Below the pieces are notes generated by a model that worked only from the letters and a program-made list of their open reading frames with translations, had not been told where the DNA came from and did no database searches. From Eledone cirrhosa (Eukaryota): a DNA stretch of 64,000 nucleotides. Of the stretch, positions 27,155-41,669 are shown in pieces. The position numbers and the translations under genes are program-made. The stretch spans positions 54,374,001-54,438,000 of the forward strand of contig OZ024740.1 in the NCBI GenBank assembly GCA_964016885.1. The letters are read 5' to 3'. The first letter of the stretch is position 1, and each line of letters starts with the position of its first letter.

Positions 27155-27292
27155 ATCCCGCCGAGATTAGCTTTTTCTTTCATCCTTACAGGGTCGATGA
27201 AATGAAGCACAAAAAATGCACTGGTGTCGATTTAATCGACTTTGACCTCCCTTAATATTCCTGGGCTTGTGCCTTTAATAGAAATCATTATT
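27155..27292 (+). mobile_element. SINE family A, diverged 3' part
   Basis: tcccgccgag...ctttcatccttacagggtcgatgaaatgaagcac...cttgtgcctttaatagaaatcattatt. Confidence 0.65.
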
Positions 27293-27569
27293 AAAGCATT
27301 TAATACATTTACGAAATAGATCTACGGAAATTTATTCTCCATTTCCGCAGGAATAACTCATCAATCAAATAGAAAGCAATATACCGAGAGAATATACTTT
27401 ATCCCTTCTAAAAGTGTACCTAATAATATCATTACCTGTAAATGTATTTCTAAGATTCGCCTTAATAATATTAATATTGATAAAAATAGTAAACATAATA
27501 AGCGTAATATGAAAAATAAGAATATAATCAACACTAGTGAAAACAACAACAATAATAACATCAACATGC

Positions 27570-27736
27570 GGAGACTTCTGGGGTCCTTAGACGTAGGGCG
27601 ACCTCCCTATTCACCACCACCAGAGTTGTCTAACCAGAGGTGTGAGCCATGTGAGCTGGAATGGCTGTTCCAGCGTATCTCCCTCCACATCTTCCGGGGA
27701 TGGGCCTTCTCTATTCTGTCCGCCGGGGTTGTATAA
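27570..27736 (+). mobile_element. CRE-like non-LTR retrotransposon 3' fragment
   Basis: Reads ELEWLFQRISLHIFRGWAFSILSAG, is flanked by aac/aat triplet runs, and is related to 60-185. Confidence 0.55.
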
Positions 27737-29202
27737 TGATAATAATTACGTCAATAATCCTAAAATTGGCGGATACAATTTATTTGGTTTGATACTTCAT
27801 ATGGGATTTGAATAGCATCACACGTTCTTAAAATAATTTTTAGAATTAAAAAGAACAAAAAAACATTCCCCTACACCGCAAGTATTATAAGTGTAGTAAA
27901 TTAAAACTCAGACAATCTGTCCTCAACAACACCAAATTTAGCGGATAATCATATTTTCAATAACTATAGAAAAATATACAAATATAAATCCGAACATGGA
28001 ATTCCAGCAGATGATAAGACGCAGAAAAACCCTCCTATAGTTTTGATTAATGAGTTTAATAACAATAATGATACTGGTTATAATTAATAGAATTATGACA
28101 CAGAAACAATTCTTAAGCCATCTTGAATAAATAATGCTTTATCTAACCAAAATAATGATGTGAAGTAAATATACTTCATAATACTCACGCTCCATTAGAT
28201 ATTTATAATTGTAGGGTCACATTATACATAGTTGGTTGTAGTGTGAATGAAAGAGGAGAAAAATATTTTCATGACATGATTAAAAAAAAATTATAGAATG
28301 TTTATTGTGAAACTAATTTCTTTTCTATTTTTTATTTCTTCTACAGGTTTCTTTATAGAGATATGACTCTATAACCTGAATAGGATTCGGTGTCATATAT
28401 ATTATCCTTTTTGACCAAGGTTTTGGAAGTATGCTGTTCATGCCGTAATAATTATGAAAATCACAGAATGTCGTTAATGAGTATTTCTGTTGTTAAGTTA
28501 TTGATTTATGTATATTTTCACTGAAATGAAATAAAGAAATATATTGCAAGTATTTCCTTACGTTTTCAATAAAGTTATTTGCATTGTTTTATGTTAAATA
28601 CGGAACAGGGCCATAGACATTTTTGAATAAACATCTGCTACGTTTCACGAGATTACTTGAACTTCTTGATATAGCAACAAAATGTATCTTAACTGAAATA
28701 TTACTCTGTTTCATATACGTTTTAAATATAATTTTAAACTAGATGGCCAGCTGCATTTAAGAGATCATCACACCTTATAACCAGCTAAAAACATATCCAT
28801 TCCTGATACCAAATTATTGAGCTACACGAATCTGAAACATGTTCTGCTTTCAGTTTTGATCTTGTAAACGGTACACTTGTATCTTCATAGTCCAAGTGAC
28901 ATATATGAACCTGAGTATATGTGTATAGTTTCTATTGTGTCTATGTGAAAATGTAATATATAATATATCAAATATCGGATCAGGCTTGGCACGAAGAATA
29001 CAATCATGATTGATGTCAACAAAAGGTTTAAACGATTTGTTTACACCGCCAATATCTATATGCTTATATGTAAAAAGCAACGACAGCTAGTTTGTAATAT
29101 TTGCAGCCATCGCATATGAAATACGTTAAGGGCTATGGTGAAATATAATCTAAAAATTATCAGTAATATCTGTTATGGATAAGCACAAATGACAACTGTG
29201 TT

Positions 29203-29487
<285 letters not shown>

Positions 29488-30216
29488 CAATACTAATTTA
29501 ATGGCATTTATAAATAGAAATGTGTCAGTTGTGGTGGTATTTCAAATTGTTAGTTCAATGCAAAAGTGTTTTGTGACATTGTTCTCGCGAATGAATAATA
29601 GTTTGCATTTTAAAAAAGCACGAATTTGACGTAGTGGTTTAAATGAGCGTATCTGCTTTATTATGACATTTACAACACCAAATTTAAAGCATTATTTTGA
29701 ATCATAACCTCATAGATGTTAGTATAGTTTCTGTGGAGGTATATTTTCGGGTCGAATAATGGGTAGCCAGGAGATATAGTAAAATATTCTACAGTTGCAA
29801 AATGTATTTTGCTTTATTGTGTGTTTTTGTTGGGTTCAATCGTCAAAGCATTGATTTTGTTCCACAGTCAAGTATATTTTAGTCTCAGCCTTTGTTCTCT
29901 ATATCTAAACGAACGTTGCAAATATTTCTGGTTTACATTCAGCCTCATTAGCTATTCCAGGTATTAGACATGTATAGGGTTTTCTTGTTTTAAGATATAT
30001 GGTTTTCTTCAGCCAGTGTTCAAAATGTCTTCCCTCAACATGTAGCAATTTATAAAACAACAGACATTACAACTAAACAGACACATTACTTTTCAAAGAA
30101 ATAAGAAACATAAATGCAAATTTAGCAAATATTGACCTTACAAAAATGAAAGTAATAACAACATCCAACATATTGCTAACCTTAGAGAAATTATAGGCAT
30201 TCTTCAGTTATTATTA

Positions 30217-30885
30217 GGGTGGTAGATTCGCAGCATCGGTAGAGCGTCAGATACTATGCTTTGCAGCATAGGGTTATGGCGACTTTACGGAGTCGATAAA
30301 ATAAAGCACCTGTAATGCACTGGGGTAATTTAATCGACTTAGCCTTCTCCACAAATTGTTGACCTTGTGCCTATAGTAGAAATCATTATTATTATTATAA
30401 GAATGGTGAATTGGCAGAATCGGTAGAGGGCCGACGCTTTGCTTTGACGCATAGTTACGGCCCTTTATGATCTGAGTTCAAATCCCGCCGAGGTTAACTT
30501 TGCCTTTCATCCTTACGGGTTCGATAAAATAAAGTACCAGTAATGTACTGGGTAATTGTGCCAAAAGTAGAAACAATTATTATTATTATAAGAAATGGTG
30601 ATTGGATGTAATACCATACTTGGAAATACCATGATTTCTGGTTTCTCTTCCAGTAACTCTATAACCACACATTGATATCGTGGTTAAGTGAAAATTGTTT
30701 ATTATAAATATTATTATCGGTAAAGTGTCGGACGCTATGCTTTGCAACATCGGGTTACGGCCCTTTACAGCCGGTGTTCAAATCCCGCCGTGGTTAACTT
30801 TGCCTTTTATCCTTACGGGGTCGATAAAAGTGTCAGTAATGTATCGGGATTGTGCCAAAAGTAGAAATAATTATAATTATTATTA
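30217..30885 (+). mobile_element. Cluster of three same-orientation family A SINEs (30217-30390, 30403-30589, 30717-30885)
   Basis: Each copy has cggtagag/cggtaaag...gtcgataaaa...gtgcc.a.agtagaaa followed by an (att)n-like tail. Confidence 0.8.
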
Positions 30886-31619
30886 TTTCCATAATTACTT
30901 GTTAATCTGATAATGAGTAGTTATCTCATGCAGTTACAGGTTATCTGAATCTGCATTGCTATTTCAGAAGATTATCAGTTAATGTGGCATATAATTTAAG
31001 AGTTTCCCTTCGCCTACATAAACAGGAGTAAACATCTGCAGGAGATTAATACCCGCACCATTCTACTGGAAAAGTGATGTTGAATTAGCAACTCGCCAAC
31101 ACCTCCAGTGTCGCAGAGTTAATAGTACTGCCACACAACCAATCCTGCATTTTTGTAATCATTTGAAATTTGACACCTTCAAAGTCATAGAAGCCGAAAA
31201 AACATGTTATTATATCAACGCCTCAATACATTAGAAATTTGACACCCTTCTCTACCGAAATACATGCCTTGAGCTATGGCAACATGATTCCCCTATAATT
31301 GACACCCCTATGGCTACAACATATATTCACCCCTATAATTAGAGCAACCTGATGCCCCTATGAGGTTAAAAACACCAGCTATCTCAATATATGGGTTGGT
31401 AAAATTTAACACAGCTTATGTATTCCCACTTTAGCGCTTGTAATTTGTTTCAGAGAGAAATATATTTAAAACACTAAATTTTTATTAGCAACAGTAGCAG
31501 TAGTAGCAGCAGTAATATTTAAAGCAGTAATTGCCGTGGAAGAAGTATCAGTATCTTTTATGATTTGAAATAAGATTTTACCTGATGCTAATTCTTTAGA
31601 AGTAGAAACATTAATATTT

Positions 31620-31828
31620 ATTTTTAAGTTGGTTTCAAGGCCAAACATTTGTAGAAAGTTAAACGTTGATTAAATCAAACCCAGTACTTGATTCGTACTT
31701 TATTTTTACGGCGCCGTAAGGGTGAGACAAAATTAATTTCGACAGGATGTGAAACTAGAACGTAAGAGCCAGAATAAATAAATCAATAACATTTTTACCC
31801 GACGCTCTACCGATTTTGACAATTCCCT
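31620..31828 (-). mobile_element. SINE family A, strongly diverged
   Basis: caaggcca...cccagtacttgattcgtactttattttt...cgtaagagcc...gacgctctaccgatt. Confidence 0.55.
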
Positions 31829-32461
31829 GCACTAGCTGAAAAAAATAATATTAATATTTATGAGTCAGCTTCAGCAGCCCGTTTGAGTAAGCAGACACGC
31901 TAGTGTGCAGGCGGCTATTCCAGCGGGTGTCGCTGGCCATTGTGCGTAGAAATGCCTTTGCTGGTTTCTCCACAAGGCGCAGTGAAAACACTGTCCCGAA
32001 CAAGGTGTAGAGTATGAACCCTATCCGTTTCCCCCTCGCTTTCTACCTTGCCTAATATTCCTTGTTCTTTACCTTTAGTGATTGATCTTTCTCTCCTATT
32101 CGTCTCATTTATGGCATTTATAGTCCTTGTTTTTACTTTAGTATGCAGCCATATCTGCCCATCGTTAACCCTTCTCCAATTTTTTTCCATTACATAATTT
32201 TGTTTTTATCCATTTTGGATATTTTCCATCATATTTGTTTCTAAAATATAGTTGACTTGTTAAATATAGCACTAACATTTACCGCATAATTACGGCCATC
32301 TTAAAAATGGAAGGTCACACTGAATACCATATTCCTAGATATATACAAATAGAAGAGATCGTTCAAGCTGAAATTTGTTTAGTTATGAGACAGCTCAACC
32401 AAATCTACTGATACAAAGCCCCAACAATTATAGTAACGCTTTTCACAAGAATAATCCCCCG

Positions 32462-32568
32462 CTTCTTCTTCTTCTTCTTCTTCTTCTTCTTCTTCTTCTT
32501 CTTCTTCTTCTTCTTCTTCTTCTTCTTCTTCTTCTTCTTCTTCTTCTTCTTCTACTTCTTCTTCTTCT
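32462..32568. repeat. (CTT)n microsatellite
   Basis: Directly visible; it produces the poly-L and poly-R ORFs. Confidence 0.95.
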
Positions 32569-33295
32569 TTTCAATGTCTGAAGAAAATTAAATATCGCAA
32601 GAATGCTATCACTTAAAATAAAATTCCACTGAAATAGATTAACAAAATTTAATAGGCGGGAGGGTGTTGTTTCAAATAAGAATGAAGATGGAAGATCTTC
32701 TTCGTCTTCTTCTTTGGGGGCAGATTCCTCAAAGATTCCTTCCAACGGGTTTAAAAAGTTTGCGTATCTCGACACTCCAGAGAGGAGCAAACGATTATTA
32801 TAATCATGGATTAATAATTAATAACGATCATTGTAAAGAATTCATATCCACACATCTTTTGTTATTGCCGTCTTTTTACCTTCACAATTGATCAAAGTTG
32901 ATGGAGAACTCAAGGTTTCATCAGTCTGTTATTTAAATGAACGAGAAGTTTGTTCGTTTACAAATACTTAAAATTCTTCTGTAGTACTGTAATATTTTAC
33001 GTTTTCGTTCTTTTTCTCGACCAATTATATTACATGAATATTAGCGCAAACAAATTATATTAGCTAAATTCATTGACTAAATAATTTTACTTCCGTATTT
33101 CTCTGGTTTTATGCTGTTTGCGTTGGGTGTTTCATGTTCGTTGAAATTTCCGTACCAATTCCGTTAAACATCGACAACATTTCAATTTTTTTTTTTCAAT
33201 ATTAGCTTTTTCCTCTGGTCCGAACTTTCTTCTGTATCTTTTGGCCTCCACACAATTGGCTACGGTATAACTTCATCTGGTCTCATCATGAAAAT

Positions 33296-33480
33296 ACGAG
33301 GGTCAGCTCAGAATTCATAGACTGACCAAGATACTCCCAAGGACTAATCAAATGGGGTTTATTTGTTAACATAGTCCCTGAAAAGAAATAACGCAGTTAT
33401 TAATAAAAAGGAGTTGAAATTAATTCATGCAATATCATCGTCCGATTATGAAAATTTCAGCCGATGTTCGTATTACATAA
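33296..33480. mobile_element. Possible mariner-type terminal remnant
   Basis: Starts TACGAGGGTC...ttcatagactgaccaa, similar to mariner TIR starts. No partner TIR was found. Confidence 0.3.
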
Positions 33481-36400
33481 TTTCCTCGAAAATAAAAAAA
33501 AAATATATAGTATATTTTACACGCGTAGTTATTTAATTACACAGGAGGAAAATATTCCCAAAGCACTTAATGCATGAATATTTATTTCACTTGTCAAGTT
33601 AAAATTATGTTCAGAGTTCTAGCAACACCTAAATGTGAATTGTAATGAGCAGTTTTCGAATACTTATACATTTCGCCTACGTGTTATCCAGTTGCACTAT
33701 ATTTGCAATGTTTCAATTTGTTTGACTTGGGTGCCTGATTAGCAGTGTACCGAATATTTTGATTGCTTTCTATGTATTGTTATAATTTTTGTTTGTGTTC
33801 ATGTGCACAACATTCATTAGAGAAAATCTTATTCATACGGTATGTTACTTTAGTATGTAATGTTGTTTAGTTTTTAATTCAACAAATAGATAGAAAAGGT
33901 CTCTTATATTTTTCCTATAAAAGTTTCTAATGGACTTTATTCACTAATTACTATATGTGCAAATTTGAGGAATACTTCGATGCTTTGTTCAAATATATTC
34001 TGTATGAGTTAACATAATTGAATCGTGTAAACTTTATAATAAAATGTAACAATCGCATTTATTCAGATTACTACATTTCATTTTTGAAAAGTAAACCGAA
34101 TACTTAATGGGATTTTTGGCTATGGCAAATGTCCATACTCTGAGGGACCTTATTGTAATCAATTATATTTAATTGACCTGTGTTTAAAGAGGTAAGCTTA
34201 AAACGGTGGAAACATTTATGTAGAGATTTCAAAAATGAAATATGATAGTGAGGCATATAGTGCGCATAAAATGGAAACATATATAGGTATAATATATTTA
34301 TATATGTTTCCATTGGCGAAGGGTAACCTGGAAAGCAGGACATGCAGTCCAATCGCCATGGCGGAAAGTGGGGCTGTGCAGCCTTACCACCCCTCCCCAA
34401 ATTCCCTCTAAATGACTCCCCCGGTCAAAGCCGCATGTAGTGTTATCTAGTGTGTGTGTGTGTTATATTTTTATGTGTCAACGATTTAGTAAGCAGCCAA
34501 AATTCAGCTTGCTTCAACCGACGCTGTCATGTGTTTGTGTGTGTGTTATCTTTTTATGTATCTACGATTTAGTAAGCACCCACATTTCTGCTTGCTTCAA
34601 CCGACGCAATTGATCAACTCAAGAGCATATAACGCATGCACTGCATGCGTTGCATTCACGCACCCTTCGCCCCTGAAATATATCTGTGTATATATATAAG
34701 GTGTATGGCTGACTCAAGATGATTGGACCAGTAAAGTAATTTATGGAAAACCAATCACTGTTCAAACAGTATCATGTATGCAGCAAAAGGATGAATCGAC
34801 AATTGTTATAACCGTCTAAACCAAGGTCAGAATTGATTGTTTAACTCTAAGGCAAAGGTATTCCGCTTATAATCATACTGTATTGTTTTTACGTATGGTT
34901 TATCTAAGACTAGTGAAGTTTATGTTTATAAAAACGACTAGACTGTGATTTGAGCGAATGTTAGCTGTTTTTTTCTAACAATTCCAGTGAGGAATTATAG
35001 CACAACGTTTTGGCTTACATCGGTGGTGTTGATATTAATTTAATGTATTCAATTAGTTGTCTTTAAATGTCTATGCAACACAGATTTCCATGCAAACATC
35101 TTTACTGTGTTTACTGCTTAATGGATTTAAATACCGTTAGTATAAGAGAAGCATGCACAAATATATTTCAGCCTGTGGTGCCACTCCTGGTTTGCATTTA
35201 TCAAATGATCGTTACAATAGGTAAAACATATAAAAGAAAACTAATTACTAATTCGACACTGGCATCCATTAACACTACGGATCACTTCTAGCTCAGGTTT
35301 CCCCCTATAACTTCAGAAATGGGCTGATGTAGAGAATAATGTAGTTCTACATAGATAATTTTCAAAAGAAATAGACCTAAACAAATAAAACAACATCAAA
35401 TGAAATGTAAACAACAACAAATTAACTTAGATGTCTATATTCTAAGCTACTATTCATCATACTTTATCACAACATTGTGAATATGATATTAGGCAATAAT
35501 GTTTCTATTGATCAACATATTTTAATGATATATCATGTATACAAGAAGAACATCTGTGCATGGATAATTTGTGCATGGATAATTTTAAGACTTTCAAAAA
35601 TGCATATAGATTATATACCGTTTATTAGCGACTAGATTTGATGTATTGATAATGTGTTGATGAAAAAAAATGCGGTTGTACTAAAAGTGTGTACTAAAAT
35701 ATATATTCCAAATAATTTGTGATCTGGAAAATATCATTCAATCATTTATAAACATTTATTTAATTATTTCACCATTCATCAATCTCTCTCTCCATCACTC
35801 TCTCTCTTTCTTCATCTCTTTCTTTCTGTCTCTCTCTAAGCGTACAAACAGAGATATATACTTATACACACATATATAGTTATACACATATATATACATT
35901 TCTCTATGAGATATTTTATTCTATTCCTATCTGTATCTTAGAATGACATTTCAATTTTAATACGCACTCTATGTCTGTTATTGCCACTACCACAAACATC
36001 TTTGATTCTGAACTAATACTGTAATGATTGGTGTATTCCAGAGACTTCTCGTCGTAAACTTGGAAACGTAACATGGAAAATTAAGCATCTACTCTTTTGC
36101 CCGGAAATACTTTTGCACCCCCAGCTACTACTCATACTTCAAAAGTTCTAAGTTTCACGTCACTCTGGGGATTGCTCTTCCAACTAGGGAGGTGCCATCA
36201 TTTCCGTGCTAAAATTCTTAGCCAGAGTCCAAATGATTGCTGCTTTTCTCATAAGGGACCTCATTCTGTGAAGGTAATTCGAAATGGGCTGTATCTGCTT
36301 TGCCTTTGTCTTCATATCTTCTGTTCCCTAAGAACCTACTTCGGTATCCCACTAACCACCTAATAAGATAAACCCAAAAGAAACCTTCTTCAAGCTAAGC

Positions 36401-36586
36401 GCCTTTTATCCAAGCATTTTCATTTTAATAATCATAAAAAAAATTTCGCGATTAGCATTTTTCCATACGGAACCACATATAGATTATACAAGCCCATAGC
36501 CGTTAGCTCTATGTCATAAACACTACATGTTATCAAAACATGTTTCCGTGAACTTCCCGTGTTTCGGTGATTCTAAATATACACAC

Positions 36587-36665
<79 letters not shown>

Positions 36666-36685
36666 AATTAGTGTGCGTCTGTGTA

Positions 36686-36731
<46 letters not shown>

Positions 36732-37167
36732 AAACACCAAAAGAGTGTAATGATGATTTATAATAATTTAACGAATTGGACAGAAGGAAAGGAGCTTTAA
36801 CGAGATAGATTGAACGTAAGTAAACATAAGTAACTATATGAAATAACAGAATGTTTTACGGGATAAGACCACATGTGTGTTTAGGCAGCCTTTTGGGGGG
36901 GAAATACATATATATATATGCATGTATATATATATAGAGAGAGAGAGAGAGACAGAGAGATAGATATATAGATATAATATACTTATACATGTATAGTTTA
37001 CTTTTCCCTAATATGGGAAGAGTTAGACTAATATGTATCTTATTTGTACTATATCATTTACTGCGTTGTCTTCCGTTTACTTTTTATATTCACAAATGCA
37101 CACACACAAACACAAACACATACGCACACACACATGCGCGCACACATACATACGCATCTCTCTCTCA

Positions 37168-37239
<72 letters not shown>

Positions 37240-37387
37240 TGGCGTGCTGTGTTGTTGCGAATGTGATACATATGAATTAAAATATAGAGCCAGAAGCAAC
37301 GACTATCCATCATCAGTGATCTGCTGGCCATCTTATGTATTTCTTCGCATTAACGATAAGATACCTCAGGCCAGCGCGAGCAATAAC

Positions 37388-37440
<53 letters not shown>

Positions 37441-37484
37441 AAGTTAAATAAAAGTCAAATGATTAAAATTTAGCTTCGTTTATT

Positions 37485-37539
37485 ACTGCTATATATATTT
37501 CAGTGACAGCCATCTTTGGCTGTGACCTCTTCAGGCAGT
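37485..37539 (-). ncRNA. Type I hammerhead ribozyme motif (left arm)
   Basis: Reverse complement: actgc-CTGAAGA-ggtcacagcca-aaga-tggctgtcact-GAAA-tatata-TA-gcagt. Confidence 0.85.
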
Positions 37540-37977
37540 TTGAATTAGTATGGTATAGACAAGTACATATGTTGTTTAGGTGTATGATATTATCAATACT
37601 CTGATATGCCCAGTTCCTTGCTGGGTTGTTAATTCACTGGGGAACTGGAGTCATATGAATTCAAACAAACGAATTTTCGTGTCACAGGTCCCCTTCTCCT
37701 CTCATTGGTCAGTTATTAGTGTTGTCATTGTTGGAGTTAGCTTAAAAATTGATAAAAAATGTTATAAATTTTTAAGCTAACTCCAACAATGACAACACTA
37801 ATAACTGACCAATGAGAGGAGAAGGGGACCTGTGACACGAAAATTCGTTTGTTTGAATTCATATGACTCCAGTTCCCCAGTGAATTAACAACCCAGCAAG
37901 GAACTGGGCATATCAGAGTATTGACAATATCATACACCTAAACAACATATGTACTTGTCTATACCATACTAATTCAA

Positions 37978-38032
37978 ACTGCCTGAAGAGGTCACAGCCA
38001 AAGATGGCTGTCACTGAAATATATATAGCATT
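37978..38032 (+). ncRNA. Type I hammerhead ribozyme motif (right arm)
   Basis: Same motif as the left arm, with one mismatch in stem I (gcatt). Confidence 0.8.
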
Positions 38033-38178
38033 AATAAACGAAGCTAAATTTTAATCATTTGACTTTTATTTAACTTTATTTTACACTACTCCGGAGTAAC
38101 CAAACCAACCTGCGCACTTCGTCGAGTGCTCCAGCCTGCATACTGAGGTGTTGGTATACAACCAACATAAACTAAAAA

Positions 38179-38242
<64 letters not shown>

Positions 38243-38249
38243 TGTATAC

Positions 38250-38304
<55 letters not shown>

Positions 38305-38340
38305 AATATATACATATATATATAAATACATATATATATA

Positions 38341-38733
38341 TAAATCAGGAAAGAAGGTTGGCATGGTTTGCTATACAAAAAAGGTTTTTAATCTCATAGC
38401 TGACAATTGTTTCTCTGAACTGGTAGGTCTAGAGATCGCTATTCGCTTATTTTCACGTTACTCGATCGCCAATACAAAATTATAACCAGTCAGATCTTTG
38501 GAGCATGCGAGAATGAAGAGAATACACAGGCAAGAAAAGAATATACAGGCTACTATATGAAGTAGTAATGGCATTCAATCTGACTGGTTATAATTTTGTA
38601 TTGGCGATCGAGTAACGTGAAAATAAGCGAATAGCGATCTCTAGACCTACCAGTTCAGAGAAACAATTGTCAGCTATGAGATTAAAAACCCTTTTTGTAT
38701 AGCAAACCATGTCAACCTTCTTTCCTGATTTAT
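38341..38733. repeat. Inverted repeat with ~155-bp arms and ~85-bp spacer, carrying a hammerhead 3' half
   Basis: 38341-38495 mirrors 38578-38733. GAAA-caattg-TC-agct lies at 38660-38675. Confidence 0.85.
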
Positions 38734-38900
38734 TATTACTCCAAGTGTTTACGACATAAGAATTACAGCATACCCGCAGCATCACTATGAAAACGCCTTG
38801 TTGAGTCAAACCAAGCCAAGCGTTAATATCATCCACTACCTGGAATACCATAACTGGACTATACCTAAGTGGACTGCATTTAACTATTATTTGTTACCCC

Positions 38901-39055
<155 letters not shown>

Positions 39056-39073
39056 CATATATATATATACATA

Positions 39074-39152
<79 letters not shown>

Positions 39153-39263
39153 TATATATAGGGAATGTAACGTGCAGTTACTCTAGGTTCATCCGAGTGA
39201 CCACTTGATGCGTAGTTTCCAGTCTATAAAGAGGTGTAGAAGAAAACAGAATGTAATTATTAT

Positions 39264-39393
39264 AATAAAAGGACGATTTGTTATGTCTTCATTACGTTTA
39301 TTTAGTAGTGACGCGTGTTTCGCAATTGATCAGATCAAATTTCAATATGTATCGATCTAGCCCGACTCTGGAATCAAAATCTCGTCGGACCTC
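39264..39393 (-). ncRNA. Decayed hammerhead motif
   Basis: Reverse complement: gaggt-CCGACGA-...ttgat...atcaattgc-GAAA-cacgcg-TC-actac. Confidence 0.35.
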
Positions 39394-41669
39394 TGCTGAC
39401 AGAATGAACCTTATATATTTACAGGAAACGTTAATGGATATATGTAAAAAAACAAAACAGATAACATTAATTTAACAATTTAACACATATCTTACCCATG
39501 AATATGATACAAGTGTATTTGCGTTCAGAAGTTTAAATGTTTCTTGTCCTGAAATGTTCGGTTTATGAAAGAAAAATGTTAGCCTAATTTAAAATCAGGA
39601 TGACGAAAATATAAAAAATAAGGCTACGCTGTGACGGTATTAATAGTGCTTCAAAGTATTATCCATAAATTAGTTTTATAACACTAATGGCAGGGATGAA
39701 TATATAAGTATTAAAACTGATTTAAAGAATACACTTTAATCAGCGGCAAATTAATGCAATTGTCGGTAACACAGTTCTCGAAATCATTTATACTTGTAAA
39801 TTATTCATCACCAGAAATAAAGAATAAATGCAATTGTAAATGAATCGGTATTTTAAATACAATATGATTCCAGTTTCTAATGTATTCCTCCATGTTTTAT
39901 AAATATAAAGAATAATTTCTCTTTACAGATGCTTCCATAATTATCCTTTGTAATATTTCATGCAACACAGATTTCTTTAAGTCTCTTTTCAAGAAACCAT
40001 GCAACGTAACTTCCCATTCGATTTATTTTTGACAATACGTTTTCATTCCGCAGCATGCTCTTTCTCACTTATTATTGTTGAGTTGCATTATTTTCTAACA
40101 CAACGAAATTTCTAAGGTTAACTTCAAGAATTCTATGAGCAATAGAACGGAAATCTAGTTACGTCGTATGTTTAAATAACCACAGCGACATTCAAATAAC
40201 ATTTTTTCGACCTTTCTAAGCTTCAGCATAACCCATGGGCCATCTGTAGGCTTTCGCATGAAGGGGAAGACAATTCAGCAAACGAAGAGGAAATATTCGT
40301 CAAAGAAATTATTTAGAATTTTGTTTGAAAAGTGACAATTACAGTAAAAAGGACAGCGCGTTTGAACAATTGTAAGAACAAAGCTAAAATTGGAATGAAA
40401 AAGCAGTAACTGATTGTAGTGAAATTACGTTCAACGATTGAAATGCAGAATTTTTCTCCGTCTCTTTTTGTGTGCCGAGGAAAATTGCCAATGATTCAAT
40501 TCTATGCAGTGACAATGAAGATTTGATAAGAAAGACCATGCATTTGATTTTATTTAAAAGGCGAATTTGTAAGAAAAACAATGGGATGTTAGCAAAGAAG
40601 CGTTACATTCTGGACAGCAGGGTGGTAAATAGTGAATCAGCAAACGGCAGCTATTCAATCAGCTGACAAAGGAGTAAGGCTAGGAAGTAATCGCCTAATT
40701 GTAACTTGGTAACAAAGGGAAAATAGAATAAATTTCTTTGAAGTTGGATATCTTTGGAACAGGTGATAGTTTTAAGTGAAATGACAATGGAAAGTAGAAA
40801 TTGTTAGAATGGTGATCAAGCGGGGATACAATACTCAGTTTGAAGGAGTTGTTATTTAATTAAAGTTTGATAACAATGATATCCAAATCTCAAACGCGTT
40901 GCTGATTTGAATAGTCACAGATAAGATAATGAAAACAATGTAAAAAGGAGAACTTCTAAGGAAGAAATAATTAGATGTGTCAAGTCAGTCAATGGTGAGT
41001 TTATTTATCAGGAATAAGTCCTCTCTACCACAATGAAAAGAAAATGCTCCTTTGCAACGTTACTTCTGAAAGTAAATTATTGCAAATTCTCTCTTATCTC
41101 TATTGCGAAATAATTTAGTCTTATGTTATTTTGGATGATAATATCACTATTTTGTTTCTAGCTCATGTTCGAAACATATCTGTTTAGTCATGTTCACTAT
41201 CAATCGATGTGTTGTACTTATTCACAACAAACCTCTGCTGTTTAAATCAATTATTGGTTTCTTAGCCAAAGAGTGTTTCCAAAAAGTTTCCTCAAACCAA
41301 ACAACACAATCTTAAAAACTGAAATATAATGTTGGATATATCACAGGCAAACTTTAGCTCAAACACAACACAGCGATTATTGCTTTATATGGCATGAAGT
41401 GTGAAAATAAAACGGTTTATCGTTTAACAATTTCAGACAAAACTTTCGCAAAAAAAAAAAAAAAAAACTTCAACTGAAAAATAAATCCAAAACATATATT
41501 CAAGGCATATGTTAAATATTGACCCTAAATAGACAAGCGTCTAGTAATTTATAGTACTACGGAAATAGATACGTGTGATTTTAAAATGCAGGAACTGGTG
41601 CAGATATATGTATGATTCAGTACTCGGTTATATATATATGTATATATATGTATAATATATAAATGAAAT

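Larger units (their letters stand above)
37433..38083. repeat. Near-perfect 650-bp palindrome (~320-bp arms, <10-bp spacer)
   Basis: The arms are reverse complements with only a few mismatches. The ORF track shows mirror ORFs at 37580+ and 37937-. Confidence 0.95.

Noticed and set aside
28320-28450. Strong polypyrimidine/ctacag acceptor suggesting a host exon
   Set aside because: No sustained ORF or partner exons were found; it cannot be supported without RNA data.
32570-32790. Minus-strand ORF with protein-like composition (MLLSGVSRY...)
   Set aside because: It is short, has no recognisable motif or supported splice structure, and is extended only by the CTT repeat.
40200-40950. Purine-rich, coding-like stretch (also 36040-36400 and 58570-59450)
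   Set aside because: Probably very old TE remnants, but I could not recognise any diagnostic motif.
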